A stretch of 64,000 bases of DNA from Hypanus sabinus (lineage: Eukaryota), in contig NC_082718.1 in the NCBI RefSeq assembly GCF_030144855.1, positions 92,814,001 through 92,878,000 on the forward strand. The letters run 5' to 3'. The translations under genes were made by a program, and so were the position numbers. The notes beneath the pieces were generated by a model, which saw only the letters and a program-made list of their open reading frames with translations, was not told where the DNA came from and ran no database searches. Position 1 is the first letter of the stretch; every line of letters starts with the position of its first letter. Positions 1 through 12,368 of this stretch are shown piece after piece.

Positions 1-1255
1 TTCCTTGAAGAAATAACAAGCAGGATAGACTAAGAATTAGTAGATCTTGAGTACTTGGATTTTCAGAAGGCCTTTGACAAAGTGCCACACGTGAGGATGC
101 TTAACAAGCTATGAGCCCATGGTATTACATGGTATTACCAGCATGGATAGAGCTGTTTCTGATTGGCAGGAGGCAAGGAGTTGAAATAAAGGGAACCTTT
201 GCTGGTTGGCTGCTGGTGACTAGTGGTGTTCTGCAGGGTTCTGTGTTGGGACTGCTTTTTTTTAACATTCTATGTCAATGATTTGGATGACAGAATTGAC
301 AGCTTTGTGACAAAGTGTGCAGATGATATGAAGATAAGGGGAGGGGCAGGCAGTTTTGATAAAGTGGAGTGGCGGTGGAAGGATGTGGAGAGATTAGGCG
401 AGGGTGCAAAAGTGGCAGATGGAATACACTGTTGGGAATGTACGGTCTTGCACTGTGGTAGAAGAAATAAAAGGGTAGATCTTTTTTAAATTGAGAGAAA
501 ATTCAAAAATCTGAGGTGCAAAGAGACTTGTGAGTTCTTGTGGAGGATTCCCTAATGTTAATTTGCAGGTTGAGCCTCTGGTGAGGAAGGCAAATGCAAT
601 GTTTACATTCATTTCAAGAGGACTAGAATAAAAAGCAAGGAGGAGTGAGGCTTTATAAAGAGCTGGTGAGGCCTCACTTGAGGTATTGTGGGCAACTTTG
701 AGCCCCTTGTCTAAGAAAAGATGTGCTGACATTGTAGAACAATTCTACAATTCATTGTAGACATTCAAAGAATGTTCACAAAAATGATTCCAGGGTTGAG
801 GAGCTTGTCATATGAAGCGTGGTTGACAGCTCTGGGCTTGTACTGATTGGAATTCAGAAGAATGAGGAATGACCTTATTGAAACTTACTGAATGTTGAAA
901 GGCCTTGATAGAGTGGATGTAGAGAGGATGTTTCCTATGATGGGGAGGTCGAAGACCAGAGGAGATGGCCTCAGGGTAGAGGGGACTCATTTTGGGGTGG
1001 AGATGAGGAGGAATTTCTTTAGCCAGTAAGTGGAGAATCTGAGGAATTGCCACAGGAGGCTGTGCAGGCCAAATCATTGCATATAGTTAAGGCAGAGGTT
1101 GATAGATTCTTGATTAGTCAGGGCTTAAAGGGATATAGGGAGAAGGCAGGAGACTGGGGCTGAGAAAGAAAATGGATCAGCCAAGACGAAATGGTGGAGC
1201 AGTCTCGATGGGCCAAATGGCCTAATTCTGATCCCGTATTTTATGACCTTATGGT
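1..1255 (+). mobile_element. CR1-type LINE, decayed 3' part (RT domain to 3' UTR)
   Basis: Translates to YLDFQKAFDKVPH, YVNDLD..FVTKCADDMK and LYK.LVRPHL-like motifs with stops and frameshifts; ends in a TTATG-type tail. Confidence 0.9.
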
Positions 1256-2029
1256 ACCTGCCTTGGAAAAGTATGTCCACTACTCTCAGGTGAAGCACGT
1301 ATAAAAGAAATCTCCCAGCCTCTTACTTATTTATTCATAATTAGTTTAGAGTATATAGAATTATTAACCTAATTAGGTTTAGTCATTTGTAGTACGTAAA
1401 TACCATAAGTTAATGGATAATATGGGGTAATCATGATAAATTGCTTTGTGCAGGGTCACAAATCAGGGAAGAACTGGCCACTAGGAGGCGACAATGCCAA
1501 GCTGGCAGCAGCTCAAAGCAAATATCACTTAAACAGAAGCGACTTCGGGCAAGATGTCAACTGTTTATTCCCCTCCATAGATGATGCCTCATCTGCTGAG
1601 TTCAACATTTTGTATGTTCCTCCAAGCCGTCACTTGCCTGTGGAATTTGTTTTGGTTCTCAGCAAGTTTAACAAGGTGCCTATGTGCCTGTGTGTGTATA
1701 TAGAGAGAGATATATAAACAATATCATGGCTCTAGTTTCTTTGGCTTCCAAAATGCACTGAGTGATTTTGCAGGGGTATGTCTAGGCAAGCTCTGACAGC
1801 AGCCATATAAAGAGTCGTTAAGGCAGACCTAAGCCTGATCAAAAGTTGGCCTAAGGTGTACTTTAAAGCAAGCAAGCACGGGCAGAGAGGCAGCTGGTAC
1901 AAGGAGAGAGATGCAGATGCAGCCAGAAGTGGAGGAGTGCAGAAGTTGGGAGTGTGGGATTGCTGCTGTTTTTCATTTGAACATGCTCACCATGCAGGGG
2001 TCAGTGGCACAATTTCAGAGCAAGATGTT

Positions 2030-2240
2030 GCCAATTTAAGATGGAGGTGAGGAGGGATTTCTTCTCTCAGTGGGTGGTGAGCCGTTGGAATTTTCTGTAA
2101 AAAGGAATTGTGGATGTTGAAGCAGTCAATAGATTCAAGGCTGCAAAAGTCAACTTTTTGGACTGTAGGAATGTCAAGGGTCATGGGGATCATGTGGAAA
2201 AGTGGAGTTGAGGCCAAGATGGGGTTGGTATTGATTAAAG
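2030..2240 (+). mobile_element. Degraded CR1 3' fragment
   Basis: gaggtgaggagggatttcttctctcagtgggtggtgagc matches the FF.QRVV..WN region of the other CR1 copies in the window. Confidence 0.65.
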
Positions 2241-2399
2241 TTAACATTCCTCAATAGGACAATCACAGCCAAAATATGGGTGTCCAGTCCTTCTGTTAAG
2301 AGTTGGCAACTTGCCCCATATTGCCCTGTCTGAAGTCTACAACACAAAACATTACTCAATTGTACCAAATGACTCTACTGCTGAAACAAAATTTATGGA

Positions 2400-3030
2400 A
2401 TATGCTATTTGGTCACAAGCTGAACCTTCTGAATCTTTACTTCTTTAGGATGTTTAGGAAATTTGGCTTGTCGCTGGACACTTTAACAATCTTGTGCAGA
2501 AGTACTGTTGAAAGTGTTCTGGCTGGTTACATCATGGTTCTGGGGTGGCAATTTGATTGTGTAGGAATGTAATAAACTGCAGAGTGTAGTGGATTCTGCC
2601 CAGTGTATCTCAGGGATATCCCTCCACACCATTGGTAGTATCTACAGAAGGTGCAGCCTGAAGATCAAAGATCTATGCCATCTTTTCACAGCTACCATTG
2701 GGCAGGAGGTTCAGAAGCCTGAAGTCCCACACCACCAGGTTCAAGAACAGCTACACCCTTTTAGACTATTCTGATCTTGAGCTATTTCAATCTGGCATAG
2801 CCATCATCACCACAGATTAGCAACACCGTGACCTCTTTCATCACTTGGCATTGCAATAGACTGCCTGATTTTTCTTTGTTTTGCTTGTATTATTGTAATT
2901 AAGGGGTATAATTTATGCTTTCCTTTTGAATGTTGTGTCTCCAAAGATGTTATCTTTGTGTGATGCTGTAAAAATGTTCCTCTTTGCACCTGTACTTGTG
3001 CAGATGACAATAAACTTGACTTTGACATGA
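2400..3030 (+). mobile_element. Rex1/Babar-like LINE 3' fragment
   Basis: ORF 2303-2572 contains LYFFRMFRKFG...TILCRSTVESVLAGYI, resembling the Rex1/Babar ORF2 C-terminus; ends aataaacttgactttgac. Confidence 0.7.
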
Positions 3031-3149
3031 TCAAGCACATGCTCTGAAATGCAAGAGCTCAAGGGCAGGAGAAGAAGAAAGCCTTTAACTCCGAGTGGAG
3101 TCATTGGGGTGCTGTCATGATGGCATTTTTTAGCGGGCTTTCTTGTTTT

Positions 3150-3278
3150 TCTGAGGCCGAGTTGCTAGCTCGACGCTCAACCCAGCATGGGTGGAAAACG
3201 TGCAAGGGAATGGGCTGGATTCGATCTCAGGAGCCTTCGCTCCAAAGTCTGGTGCTGATGCCACTATGCCACCAGCTG
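3150..3278 (-). mobile_element. tRNA-derived SINE head
   Basis: Minus strand has A-box-like TGGCATAGTGG and B-box-like GATCGAATCC at tRNA-like spacing. Confidence 0.6.
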
Positions 3279-3619
3279 ACCCTCAAGGGGAGGATGGGTG
3301 GGGCAAATATCTGAAGAAAGTCATATAAATCATACAAATTAAAATTTGTCAGATGTATACAGGAGATCTTTCATTCTCCATATTTATGCTTGTGGGTGTG
3401 AATGTGTCTGTATGTATGAGTGGGTGCTATACATACTGGGGGGGGGGGGGGGTGTGGAACAACAGCAAATGTTCCGCTAATGAAGCAGCTCCAATCTGAG
3501 TCATTCACCTGAACCCGTGGCTTGTGATCTCAAACACTCCAGGAGTTGATGGAAATGATGGGGTCCAGAGTGCGTGGCAGTAGTCTGTAATGGTGATTAG
3601 GTTGGCAGAGGTGTCACCA

Positions 3620-3990
3620 TATGCTCATGGACCATTGGTCTCCCTCCCATCAGGGAGGAGGCTACGTAGCATCCATGCCAGGGCCACCAGACTCAAAAAC
3701 AGTTACTTCCCCAAGCTGTAAGGCTGATCAACACCTCTACCCACTAATCACCCCTCCCCTACTTTAGCATTTCCTGGCAGTTGCCTTATGTCCTGTGCCC
3801 AGCATCACTTTATGGACATACAATCAATCTATGAGTAGAAGTCACCTTGTGTATTTTTATTTATTGTGTTTTTAAATGAGTGTGTTCTTTATCTTATTGA
3901 TTTTTTGGTGCTGGATTGGATCAAGAGTAATGACTATTTTATTCCAATTTACACTTGTGTACCAGATTCAGCATTGAATCTTGAGTACAC
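3620..3990 (+). mobile_element. Rex1/Babar-like LINE 3' end
   Basis: LPSGRRLRSIHARATRLKNSYFP-like coding remnant followed by a T-rich 3' UTR. Confidence 0.65.
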
Positions 3991-4099
3991 AGTTACCCTG
4001 CAGAAACATTGGCAAATGTTGACTGCATGCCCTTGGTCTAATGGATGTAACCTGACAGCAGCTGGGAATGGTGTTCAGTGCTTCAACACCCACTTCTGA

Positions 4100-4475
4100 T
4101 CAACACACACAAACTGCTGGAGGAACTCAGCTGGTCGGGCAGCTGGTCTATGGAAAAGAGTGAGCAGTCAACGCTTCAGGCTGAGAAAGAAGGGGGGAAG
4201 ACACCAGAATAAAAAGGTGGGGGAGGGGAAAGAGGCCAGCTGGAAGGTGATTGGTGAAGCCAAGTGGGTAAGCAAGATAAAAGGCTGGAGAGGAAAGAAT
4301 CTGATAGGAGAGAAGGTGGGGGGGGGGGAAGGTCATGGGCAGGTGAGAAGAGGTAAAAGGCCAAAGGGGAATATAAGAAGAGGGTAGGGGGAGGGATTTT
4401 TTTTACCAGAAGGAAGAATCAATATACATGCCATCAGGTTGGAGGCTACTCATATGGAATATAAGGTGTTGCTCG
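4100..4475 (-). mobile_element. Penelope-like element 3' fragment (GIY-YIG C-terminus plus terminal repeat remnant)
   Basis: Minus strand near 4475-4415 translates EQHLIFHMSSLQPDGMYID, resembling the C-terminal motif of PLE GIY-YIG endonucleases, and leads into the ctgagttcctccagca..ttgtgtgtg terminal repeat dispersed through the window. Confidence 0.75.
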
Positions 4476-4479
4476 TGCT

Positions 4480-6065
4480 TTCTGGGAGCAATTCAGAAGG
4501 CACGAGAGGAAGAAATATTCTAAAGGCAAGGTGTCATGACTGTGACTGACAAGAGAAGTCAAAACCAACATAAATGCCAAAGAGAGGACATATAATGAAG
4601 CAGAAATTAATGGGACATTAGAGGATTCAGAAGCTTTTAAAAACCAACAGAAACCAACTGAAAAAATCATAAAGAAGGAAAAGCTGGAATACGAAGGTAA
4701 GTTAGCCAATAATATTAAAGAGGGTATGAAAAGTTTCTTCAGATATGTAAAGTGTAAAAGGTGTGAGTGTAGATATTGGACTGCTGGAAAATGATGCTGG
4801 AGAGGTAGTAATGGGGGAACAAGGAAATGGAGAGAGCACTAGAGTATAAAATCAAGAAAAATATGTTGAGGCTTTACAAAGCACTGGTGGGGCCTCAGAG
4901 TATTGAGAGCACTTTTGGGCCCCTTATCTAAGAAAGGATATGGTGATATTGGAGAGGGTTCAAAGCAGATTCATGAAAATGAGGCCAAGGTTGAAAGGCT
5001 TATCATATGAGAAGCATTTAATGGCTCTGGGTCTGTAATCACGAGAACTCAGAAGAAACATCAAATGGTGCAAGGTCTTCATAGAGTGGGATTGGAGGCA
5101 ATGTTTCCTATGGTGTGAAAGTGTAAGACCAGAGAGTGCAGCCTCAGAATAGACAGCTATCCTTTTAGAATGGAGATCAAGAGGAATTTCTTTAGGTAGA
5201 GAATGGTAGATTTGTGGAATGTGTTGCTACAGGCAGCTGTGGAAGCCAATATTCCCTCTAATTTGTAATGACCAGTGTCATTACATCCTGCGATCTTCCA
5301 TCCTGTGCACGGACTGTTTGAACTGCTTCCGTCTGGTAGGCGCTTCAGATCCCTCCAGACTAAGACTAATGGGCACTGGAGAAGTTTTTTCCCTACTGCG
5401 GTCACTTTGCTGAACAGTTAACTGCCGGTTAACTGTCGGCTAACTATTACTTGGATTGCACTACCTGTATGTATAATCTATATTTTCATTTATATTTATC
5501 ATTATTATTGTTATGAGCAGAGAGACAACATCTGCCGGAAGTAAATTCCTTGTATGTGCACAGGTACTTGGCGACTAAAGTCTGATTCTGATTCTGATTA
5601 CAAGAGCACAGAAGTCTCTTGTGCTGTGCATTTTTTTTCCCAGTGACAACATGTGCGCACTGAATAATTTCTTCGATGAAAACACTATAAGTAAGTCAGT
5701 TCTGAAATCTGCAGGCAAATCATTGCGCGTTGCCAACGGCGTCTGCGTCAGAAACCGGGAAAGGAAATGTGATTGTGTACGATTGTGAAATATACGTAAC
5801 ACGCCAGTGAGGTAGAGGATAACACCTTTTGTGCGCAGTTTAGGTTCCTTTGTGTGTACATGCATCTTAGAGCAGACATTGGTGGAGGACAATTGATTGG
5901 GTATACTTAAGGCAGAGGTTGACCAATTCTTGATTAGTCAGAGCATGAAGAGAGAAGGCAGGAGAGTGGGGCTGAGAGGGAAATGGGTCAACCCTGATGA
6001 AAAGGCAGAATGGACTTGATGGGACAAACGGCTTAATTTTTCTCCTACATTTTATGGTCTTATGG
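4480..6065 (+). mobile_element. Internally deleted CR1 LINE (4480-5245 and 5890-6065) split by later inserted sequence
   Basis: KLEYEGKLANNIK linker joined to MLRLYKALVG..; the 3' part resumes at ~5890 (ttaaggcagaggttgac) and ends tttatggtcttatgg. Confidence 0.75.
5250..5600 (+). mobile_element. Rex1/Babar- or L2-like LINE 3' end with (TCTGAT)n tail
   Basis: HPVHGLFELLPSGRRFRSLQTKT coding remnant; ends taaagtctgattctgattctgatt. Confidence 0.7.
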
Positions 6066-7087
6066 ACTCCAAGGGTGAGTAGGCCATTGAAACACCATTA
6101 CGCGGGGCTGAGATGTAACTGACATGAATATGCCTCTTAAAATGACGTGAGCTTCAAGATCAAAGTTCAAAGTACATTTATTATCAAAGTATGTATGCAG
6201 TATACAACCCTGTCATTCCCACAGATGGCCTCGAAACAAAGATGCAGAGGTTAATTGAAACAGTCACGGACCTTTCAGTTTACTTCAGTTCAACTTAGCT
6301 CTCTTTGGCTGTAGGCCAGTGACACACGATCAAAATCACACAAAATAGAAATGAGGAAAGGAAGAACCAGTAAGCAAAAATGTGTCATAGCATGAACTAC
6401 AGAGTCCAACCCTCAAACCGCATCGAAGAAACCTAGGTTGACACCCAAGACTCTGACACCATCCGCTGGCAGCATTGAGCGAGAGGGAGAGTGGGGCTAG
6501 CCACATGCAGGCCCCTGATTCCCAGAGCATCAGTGGTTGATGGGAAGTTGCAAACGGCACAGTGCTGTGATAGTAGTCCATCATCTACACCATTCTCATA
6601 CAAGGTTTACAGTGAGAAATGCTATATAAAGCTGTTGCCATCTGTTTCATGTTCTATATTGGGAGAATATGACATTCTGGTAATCTATCAAGGGCTGTGG
6701 GATAAATGGAGTTGCCTAAGGCTGATGTTGGTCTAATGTCCTTTGTGTTCCACACAGAACCTTAGCACAAAATGGAGTTGTTGAACAGAGTCCCTCCATT
6801 TGAGTGTTGCTGATTCAATGATTGATGGCTGCTCTTTGCATTCAACTTTTACAGGAATAAGCTCAACAGCCTTTGGTAAGCTGAGAGTTTGACGACAAAT
6901 TCTGCAAATTGAAGATGAAGACTCACTGCAATTTCCCTGTTGCCACAATAGGTCTATGACAGCCGTGATCTCATTGGTACTTCATGCAACCTTGGATCAG
7001 CTGGATAATACAAGTACCAATGAGAATTGACTGTAGCTCAGTATTTAACACAATCATCCCTACAGTTCTCATTGAAAATCTCCAGAA

Positions 7088-7640
7088 TCAATGGACAATA
7101 GACAATAGGTGCAGGAGTAGGCCATTCGGTCCTTCGAGCTGGCACCACCATTCAATGTGATCATGGCTGATCATCCACAATCAGTACCCCGTTCCTGCCT
7201 TCTCCCCATATCTCTTGACTCCACTATCTTTAAGAGCTCTATCTAACTCTTTCTTGAAAGCATCCAGAGAATTGGCCTCCAGTGCCTTCTGAGGCAGAGC
7301 ATTCCATAGATCCGCAACTCTGGGTGAAAAAGTTTTTCCTCAACTCTGTTCTAAATGGCCTACCCCTTATTCTTAAACTGTGGCCTCTGGTTCTGGGCTT
7401 TCCCAACATCGAGAACATTTTTCCTGCCTTTAGTGTGTCCAATCCCTTAATAATCTTATATGTTTCAATCAGATCCCCTCTCATCCTTCTAAATTCCAGT
7501 GTATACAAGCCCAGAAGTTCCAATCTTTCAACATATGACAGTTCCGCCTGTCCTTCCTCAAATTTGGGGACCAAAACTGAACACAATACTCCAGCTGTGG
7601 TCTCACCAGGGCCTTGTACAACTGCAAAAGGACCCCTATT
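7088..7640 (-). mobile_element. CR1 LINE 3' fragment, same family as 18186-20900
   Basis: ORF LSYVERLELLGLYTLEFRRMRGDLIETYKI; (TCTATTG)n tail; ~50 bp internal deletion relative to the 18.2-20.9 kb copy. Confidence 0.9.
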
Positions 7641-8029
7641 TCAGCTCCGGCATAGTTGTGTTCGGTGAAGGCCCAGGCTCCAGATCATCCTTGTGAGGCA
7701 GGTTTTGAGCTGATAATCGGCAGGTGAAATAGAGCTCTCAGCAACCTTCTAAATGTGAAGGGAAAGAGCCTGAGAGTCTGATGAAAGCAGCATTACTGCT
7801 GGGCACATTGAGCAGAAAAAAGGTGGACAATATTTGAAGAAAGCCTAGACAATTCTCGTGAGAAGTTAGACAAACTTGGGTTGTTTTCTCTAGAGCGGCA
7901 GAGGCTGAGGGGAGATCTGACAGAGGATTATTATTATATTGCAGCTTGTTGTCTTGTAAGCACTGGTTTAATGCCCAGGTGGTGGAGTCTTTCAGTGACT
8001 CTGTTCTGGTTAATATTCACTTATGGATT

Positions 8030-11000
8030 TACATAGAAAACCTACAGCACAATACAGGCTCTTTGGCCCACAAAGTTGTGCTGAACATGTCCCTACCCTA
8101 GAAATTACTGGGCTTACCTATAGCCCTCTGTTTTACTAAGCTCCATGTACCTATCCAAAAGACTCTTAAAAGACCCCATTGTATCCGCCTCCACCGCTGT
8201 TGCCGACAGCCCATTCCACGCACTCACCATTCTCTGAGTAAAAAACTTACCCCTGACATCTCCTCTGTACCTGCTCCTTAAACCTGTGTCCTCTTGTGGC
8301 AGCCATTTCAGCCCTGGGCAAAAGCCTCTGACTATCCACATGATCAATGCCTCTCATCATCTTATACACCTCTATCAGGTCACCTCTCATCCTCCATCAC
8401 TCCCAGGAGAAAAGGCCGAGTTCACTCAACCTATTCTCATAAGGCATGTTCCCCAAAACAGGCAACATCTCCTCTGCACCCTTTCTATGGCTTCCACATC
8501 CTTCCTGTAGTAAGGCAACCAGAACTGAGCACAGTACTCCAAGTGAGGTCTGACCAGGGACCTATATAACTGCAACATTACCTCTCGGCTCCTAAATTCA
8601 ATTCCACAATTGGTGAAGGCCAATGCACTGTACACCTTCTTAACCACAGAATCAAACTGTGCGGCTGCTTTTAGCACCCTATGGACTTGGACCCCACACT
8701 GCCAAGAGTCTTACCATCAATACTATATTCTGGTATCATATTTGGCCTACCAGAATGAACCACTTCACACTTATCTGGGTTGAACTCTATCTGCCACTTC
8801 TCAGCACAGTTTTGCATCCTATCAATGTCCTGTTGTAACGTCTGACAGCCCTCCACACTATCCACAACACCTCCAACCTTTGTGTCATCAGCAAACTTAC
8901 TAACCAATCCCTCCACTTCCTCATCCAGGACACTTATAAAAATCATGACGAGTAAGGGTCCCAGAACAGATCCCTGAGACACATCACTGGTCACCGATCT
9001 CCATGCAGAATATGACCTGTCTACAACCACTCTTTGCCTTTTGTGGGCAAGCCAGTTCTGGATCCACAAGGCAATGGCCCCTTTGATCCCATACCTCCTT
9101 ACTTTCTCAATAAGCCTTGCATGGGGTACCTTATCAAATGCCTTGCTGAAATCAATATACACTATACCTTCTGCTCTACCTTCATCAATGTGTTTAGTCA
9201 CATCCTCAAAAAATGCAATCAGGCTAGTAAGGCACGTCCTGCCTTTGACAAAGCCATGCTGACTACTTCTAATCATATTACACCTCTCCAAATGTTCATA
9301 AATCCTGCCTCTCAGGATCTTCTCCATCAGCTTACCAACCACTGAGAAAAGACTCACTGGCCTATAATTTCCTGGGCTTTCTCTACTCCCTTTCTTGAAT
9401 AAAGGAACAACATTGGCAACCCTCCAATCCTCCAGAACCTCTCCTATCCCCATTGATGATGCAAAGATCATCGCCAGAGGCTCACCAATCTCCTCCCTCG
9501 CCTCCCACAGTAGCCTAGGGTACATTTCGTCCAGTCCCAGTGACTTATCCAACTTGCTGCTTTCCAAAAGCTCCAGCACATCCTCTTTCTTAATATCTAC
9601 ATGCTCAAGCTTTTCAGTCTGCTAAAGGTCATCACTACAATCACTAAGATCCTTTTCCATAGTGAGTACTGAAGTAAAGTATTCATTAAGTACCTCTGCT
9701 ATTTCCTCCAGTTCCATACACACTTTCCCACTGTCACATTTGATAAGTCCTATTCTTTCACGTATTATCCTCTTGCTCTTCTCATATTTGTAGAATACCT
9801 TGGGGTTTTTGTTAATTCTGCCAGCAAATGCCTTCTTGTGGCCCCTTCTGGCTCTCCTAATTTCCTTCTTAAGTTCCTTCCTGGTAGCCTTATAATCTTC
9901 TAGATCTCTAACATCACCTAGCTCTCTGAACCTTTCGTAAGCTTTTCTTTTCTTTTTGACTAGATTTATTACAGCCTTTGTACACCATGATTCCTGTACC
10001 CTACCATAACTTCCCTGTCTCATTGGAGTGTACCTATACAGAACTCCACACAAATATCCTCTGAATATTTGCCACCTTTCTTCTGTACTTTTCCCTGAGA
10101 ACATTTGCTTTCAATTTAAGCCTCCAATTTCCTGCTTGATAGCCTCATAATTCCCCTTACTCCAATTAAACGCTTTTCTAACTTGTCTGTTCCTATCCCT
10201 CTCCAATGCTATTATAAAGGAGACAGAATTATGATCACTATCCCCAAAATGCTCTCCCACTGAGAGATCTGACACCTGACCAGGTTCATTTCCCAATACC
10301 AGATCAAGTACAGCCTCTCCTCTTGTAGGCTTATCTACATACAGTGTCAAGAAACCTTCATGAACACACCTAACAAACGTCACCCCATCTAAACCCCTTG
10401 CTCTAGGGAGATGCCAATCGACATTTGGGATTTTAAAATCTCCCATCACGACGTCTCTGTTATTATTACATCTTTCCGGGATCTGTTTCCCTATCTGCTC
10501 CTTGATATCCCTGTTACTATTGGGCGGTCTATAAAAAAAAACACCCAGTAAAGTTATTGACCCCTTCCTGTCCCTAACCTCCACCCACAGAGACTCCATA
10601 GACAATCCCTCCATGGTGTCCACCTTTTCTGCAACCGTGACACTATCTCTGATCAACAGTGCCATGCCCCCACCTCTTTTGCCTCCCTCCCTGTCCCTTC
10701 TGAAACATCTAAAATCCGGCACTTGAAGTAATCAGTCCTGTCTCTGAGCCATCCAAGTCTCTGTAATGGCCACCACATCATATCTCCAAGTACTGATCCA
10801 CTCTCTAAAATCATCTGCTTTGTTCACAACACTCTTTGCATTAAAATAGACACATCTCAAGCCTTCTCTATCACCTGCCTATCCTCCCTCTCGCACTGTC
10901 TACAAGCTTTCTCTATTTGTGAGCTAACCTCCTCTTCCCCAGTCTCTTCAGTTCGGTTCCCATCCACCCCAACAGTTCTAGTTTAAACTCTCCCCAGTAG

Positions 11001-11380
11001 CCTTAGCAAACCTCCCTGCCAGGGTATTGGTCCCCCTGGGATTCAAGTGCAACCCGTCCTTTTTGTACAGGTCACGCCTGCGCCAAAAGAGGTCCCAATG
11101 ATCCAGGAATTTGAATCCCTGCCCCCTGCTCCAATCTCTCAGCTATGCATTTATCCTCCACCTCATTCTGTTCCTATTCTCACTGTCGCGTGGCACAGGC
11201 AGTAATCCCGAGATTACTCACCTTTGCGTTCCTGCTTCTCAATTTTCTTTCTAACTCCCTGTAGTCTTTTTTCAGGACCTCTTCCCTTTTCTAACCTATG
11301 TCATTGGTACCAATATGTACCACGACCTCTGGCTGTTCTCCCTCCCACTGCAGGATGTCTTGGACACGATCTAAAACATC
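8030..11380 (-). mobile_element. 5'-truncated CR1 LINE: ORF1 esterase C-terminus plus disrupted ORF2 (APE endonuclease and RT)
   Basis: ORF1 remnant QPEVVVHIGTNDIG and DGLH (SGNH esterase motifs); endonuclease YRPPNS, MGDF, SDHN; RT DFSKAFDKVPH, SQGSVLGP, KFADDTK; several stops and frameshifts. Confidence 0.95.
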
Positions 11381-11716
11381 ATGAGAGGCATAGATAGAGC
11401 AGGGTAGAAATGTCTCATACCAGAGGGCATGTATTGCAGGTGAAAAGGCGTAGTTTCAATGGGGATGTGAAAGGTAAATTTTTTTACTCAAAGTCTTGGA
11501 TGCCTGGAAGGCACTGTGTGGTGCGGTGGTAGAGGTAGAGGCTTTTAAGAGACATTTAGACGGGCACGTGGATGTAAGAAAGATGGAAGGAAATTGACAT
11601 TGTTTAGGTAGGAGGGATTAGTGTCTGGGTTTTTAAAAATTACTTTTTAGCCGTTTTGGCGCAACATTGTGGGCCGAATAGCCTGTTCCTGTGCTGTACT
11701 GTTCTATGTTCTATGT
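11381..11716 (+). mobile_element. CR1 3' end; continuation of the fragment at ~7855-7930
   Basis: LGLFSLERQRLRGDL at 7875-7925 continues as MRGIDR at 11381; ends (TTCTATG)n. Confidence 0.75.
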
Positions 11717-11861
11717 AATTGTCTCCCCTATGGTACAGTGATGACTCTGAAATGCGTTCCTGGAGGCCGGGGAGTAGGTCGAGCCTTTTTCAACAGCAGC
11801 GAACTGACTGGAGAGTTGATTCTTCACATTCAAGGGTCTTACATCTCGGCAGTGCGAAGTT

Positions 11862-11921
11862 GGGGAAGTGAGGATTCAGATAGTCAGCGCACGGTGTGAA
11901 GAGGAGGGGATGTATATATAT
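11862..11921 (+). promoter_or_regulatory. Candidate promoter of GPCR gene 1 (ETS/PU.1-like GGGGAAGTG and TATATATA)
   Basis: Motif matches only, ~450-500 bp upstream of the ATG in apparently unique sequence. Confidence 0.3.
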
Positions 11922-12368
11922 GGGCAACGTTAGAAAATTGGAATCATTCTAGAGTGAAAAGAAACGTAGAACACTAGTAACCTCAGACAAGAATAAGCTT
12001 TGCTGTTGGTTTATTACTGCCACAGGAACTAAGTGAAGAAGTAGTCTTGCAGTTTACAGTTCACAGAGATCAAATCATCACACCGTGCATCGAGCCCGTG
12101 CACCTTGCATCAGTCAAACACAAACAATTCACAAAAAAAAGTGTAGAAGCTGCCGAAAGAAAAGTTCAACTATAAGGTGGAAGATCATGACAAATCGGTG
12201 CTGACTACTGGACCTTTTTCAGAACTCTTTTTAGGACTGTGGCTTTGGTATTGAACCTCCCAACGTGACGCAATAGAGAAAAATAACATACTACAAAAGC
12301 TAATGCTTTCAAGATTTTTATTCTCATTCCGTTTGCAAATTAAATAGTTTACAGCAATTCCCTGCACA

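Noticed and set aside
3150-3278. Functional tRNA gene
   Set aside because: A/B boxes present but no convincing cloverleaf; consistent with a SINE head
3437-3452. Poly-G run as a regulatory G-quadruplex
   Set aside because: Simple homopolymer with no supporting context
8671-10722. Long minus-strand ORFs as host genes or an active LINE
   Set aside because: Fragments of a 5'-truncated CR1 ORF2 broken by stops and frameshifts
12320-12353. Splice acceptor (tttacag) implying an upstream exon for genes 1-2
   Set aside because: Plausible, but no donor or exon can be supported from sequence alone and the CDS is complete without it
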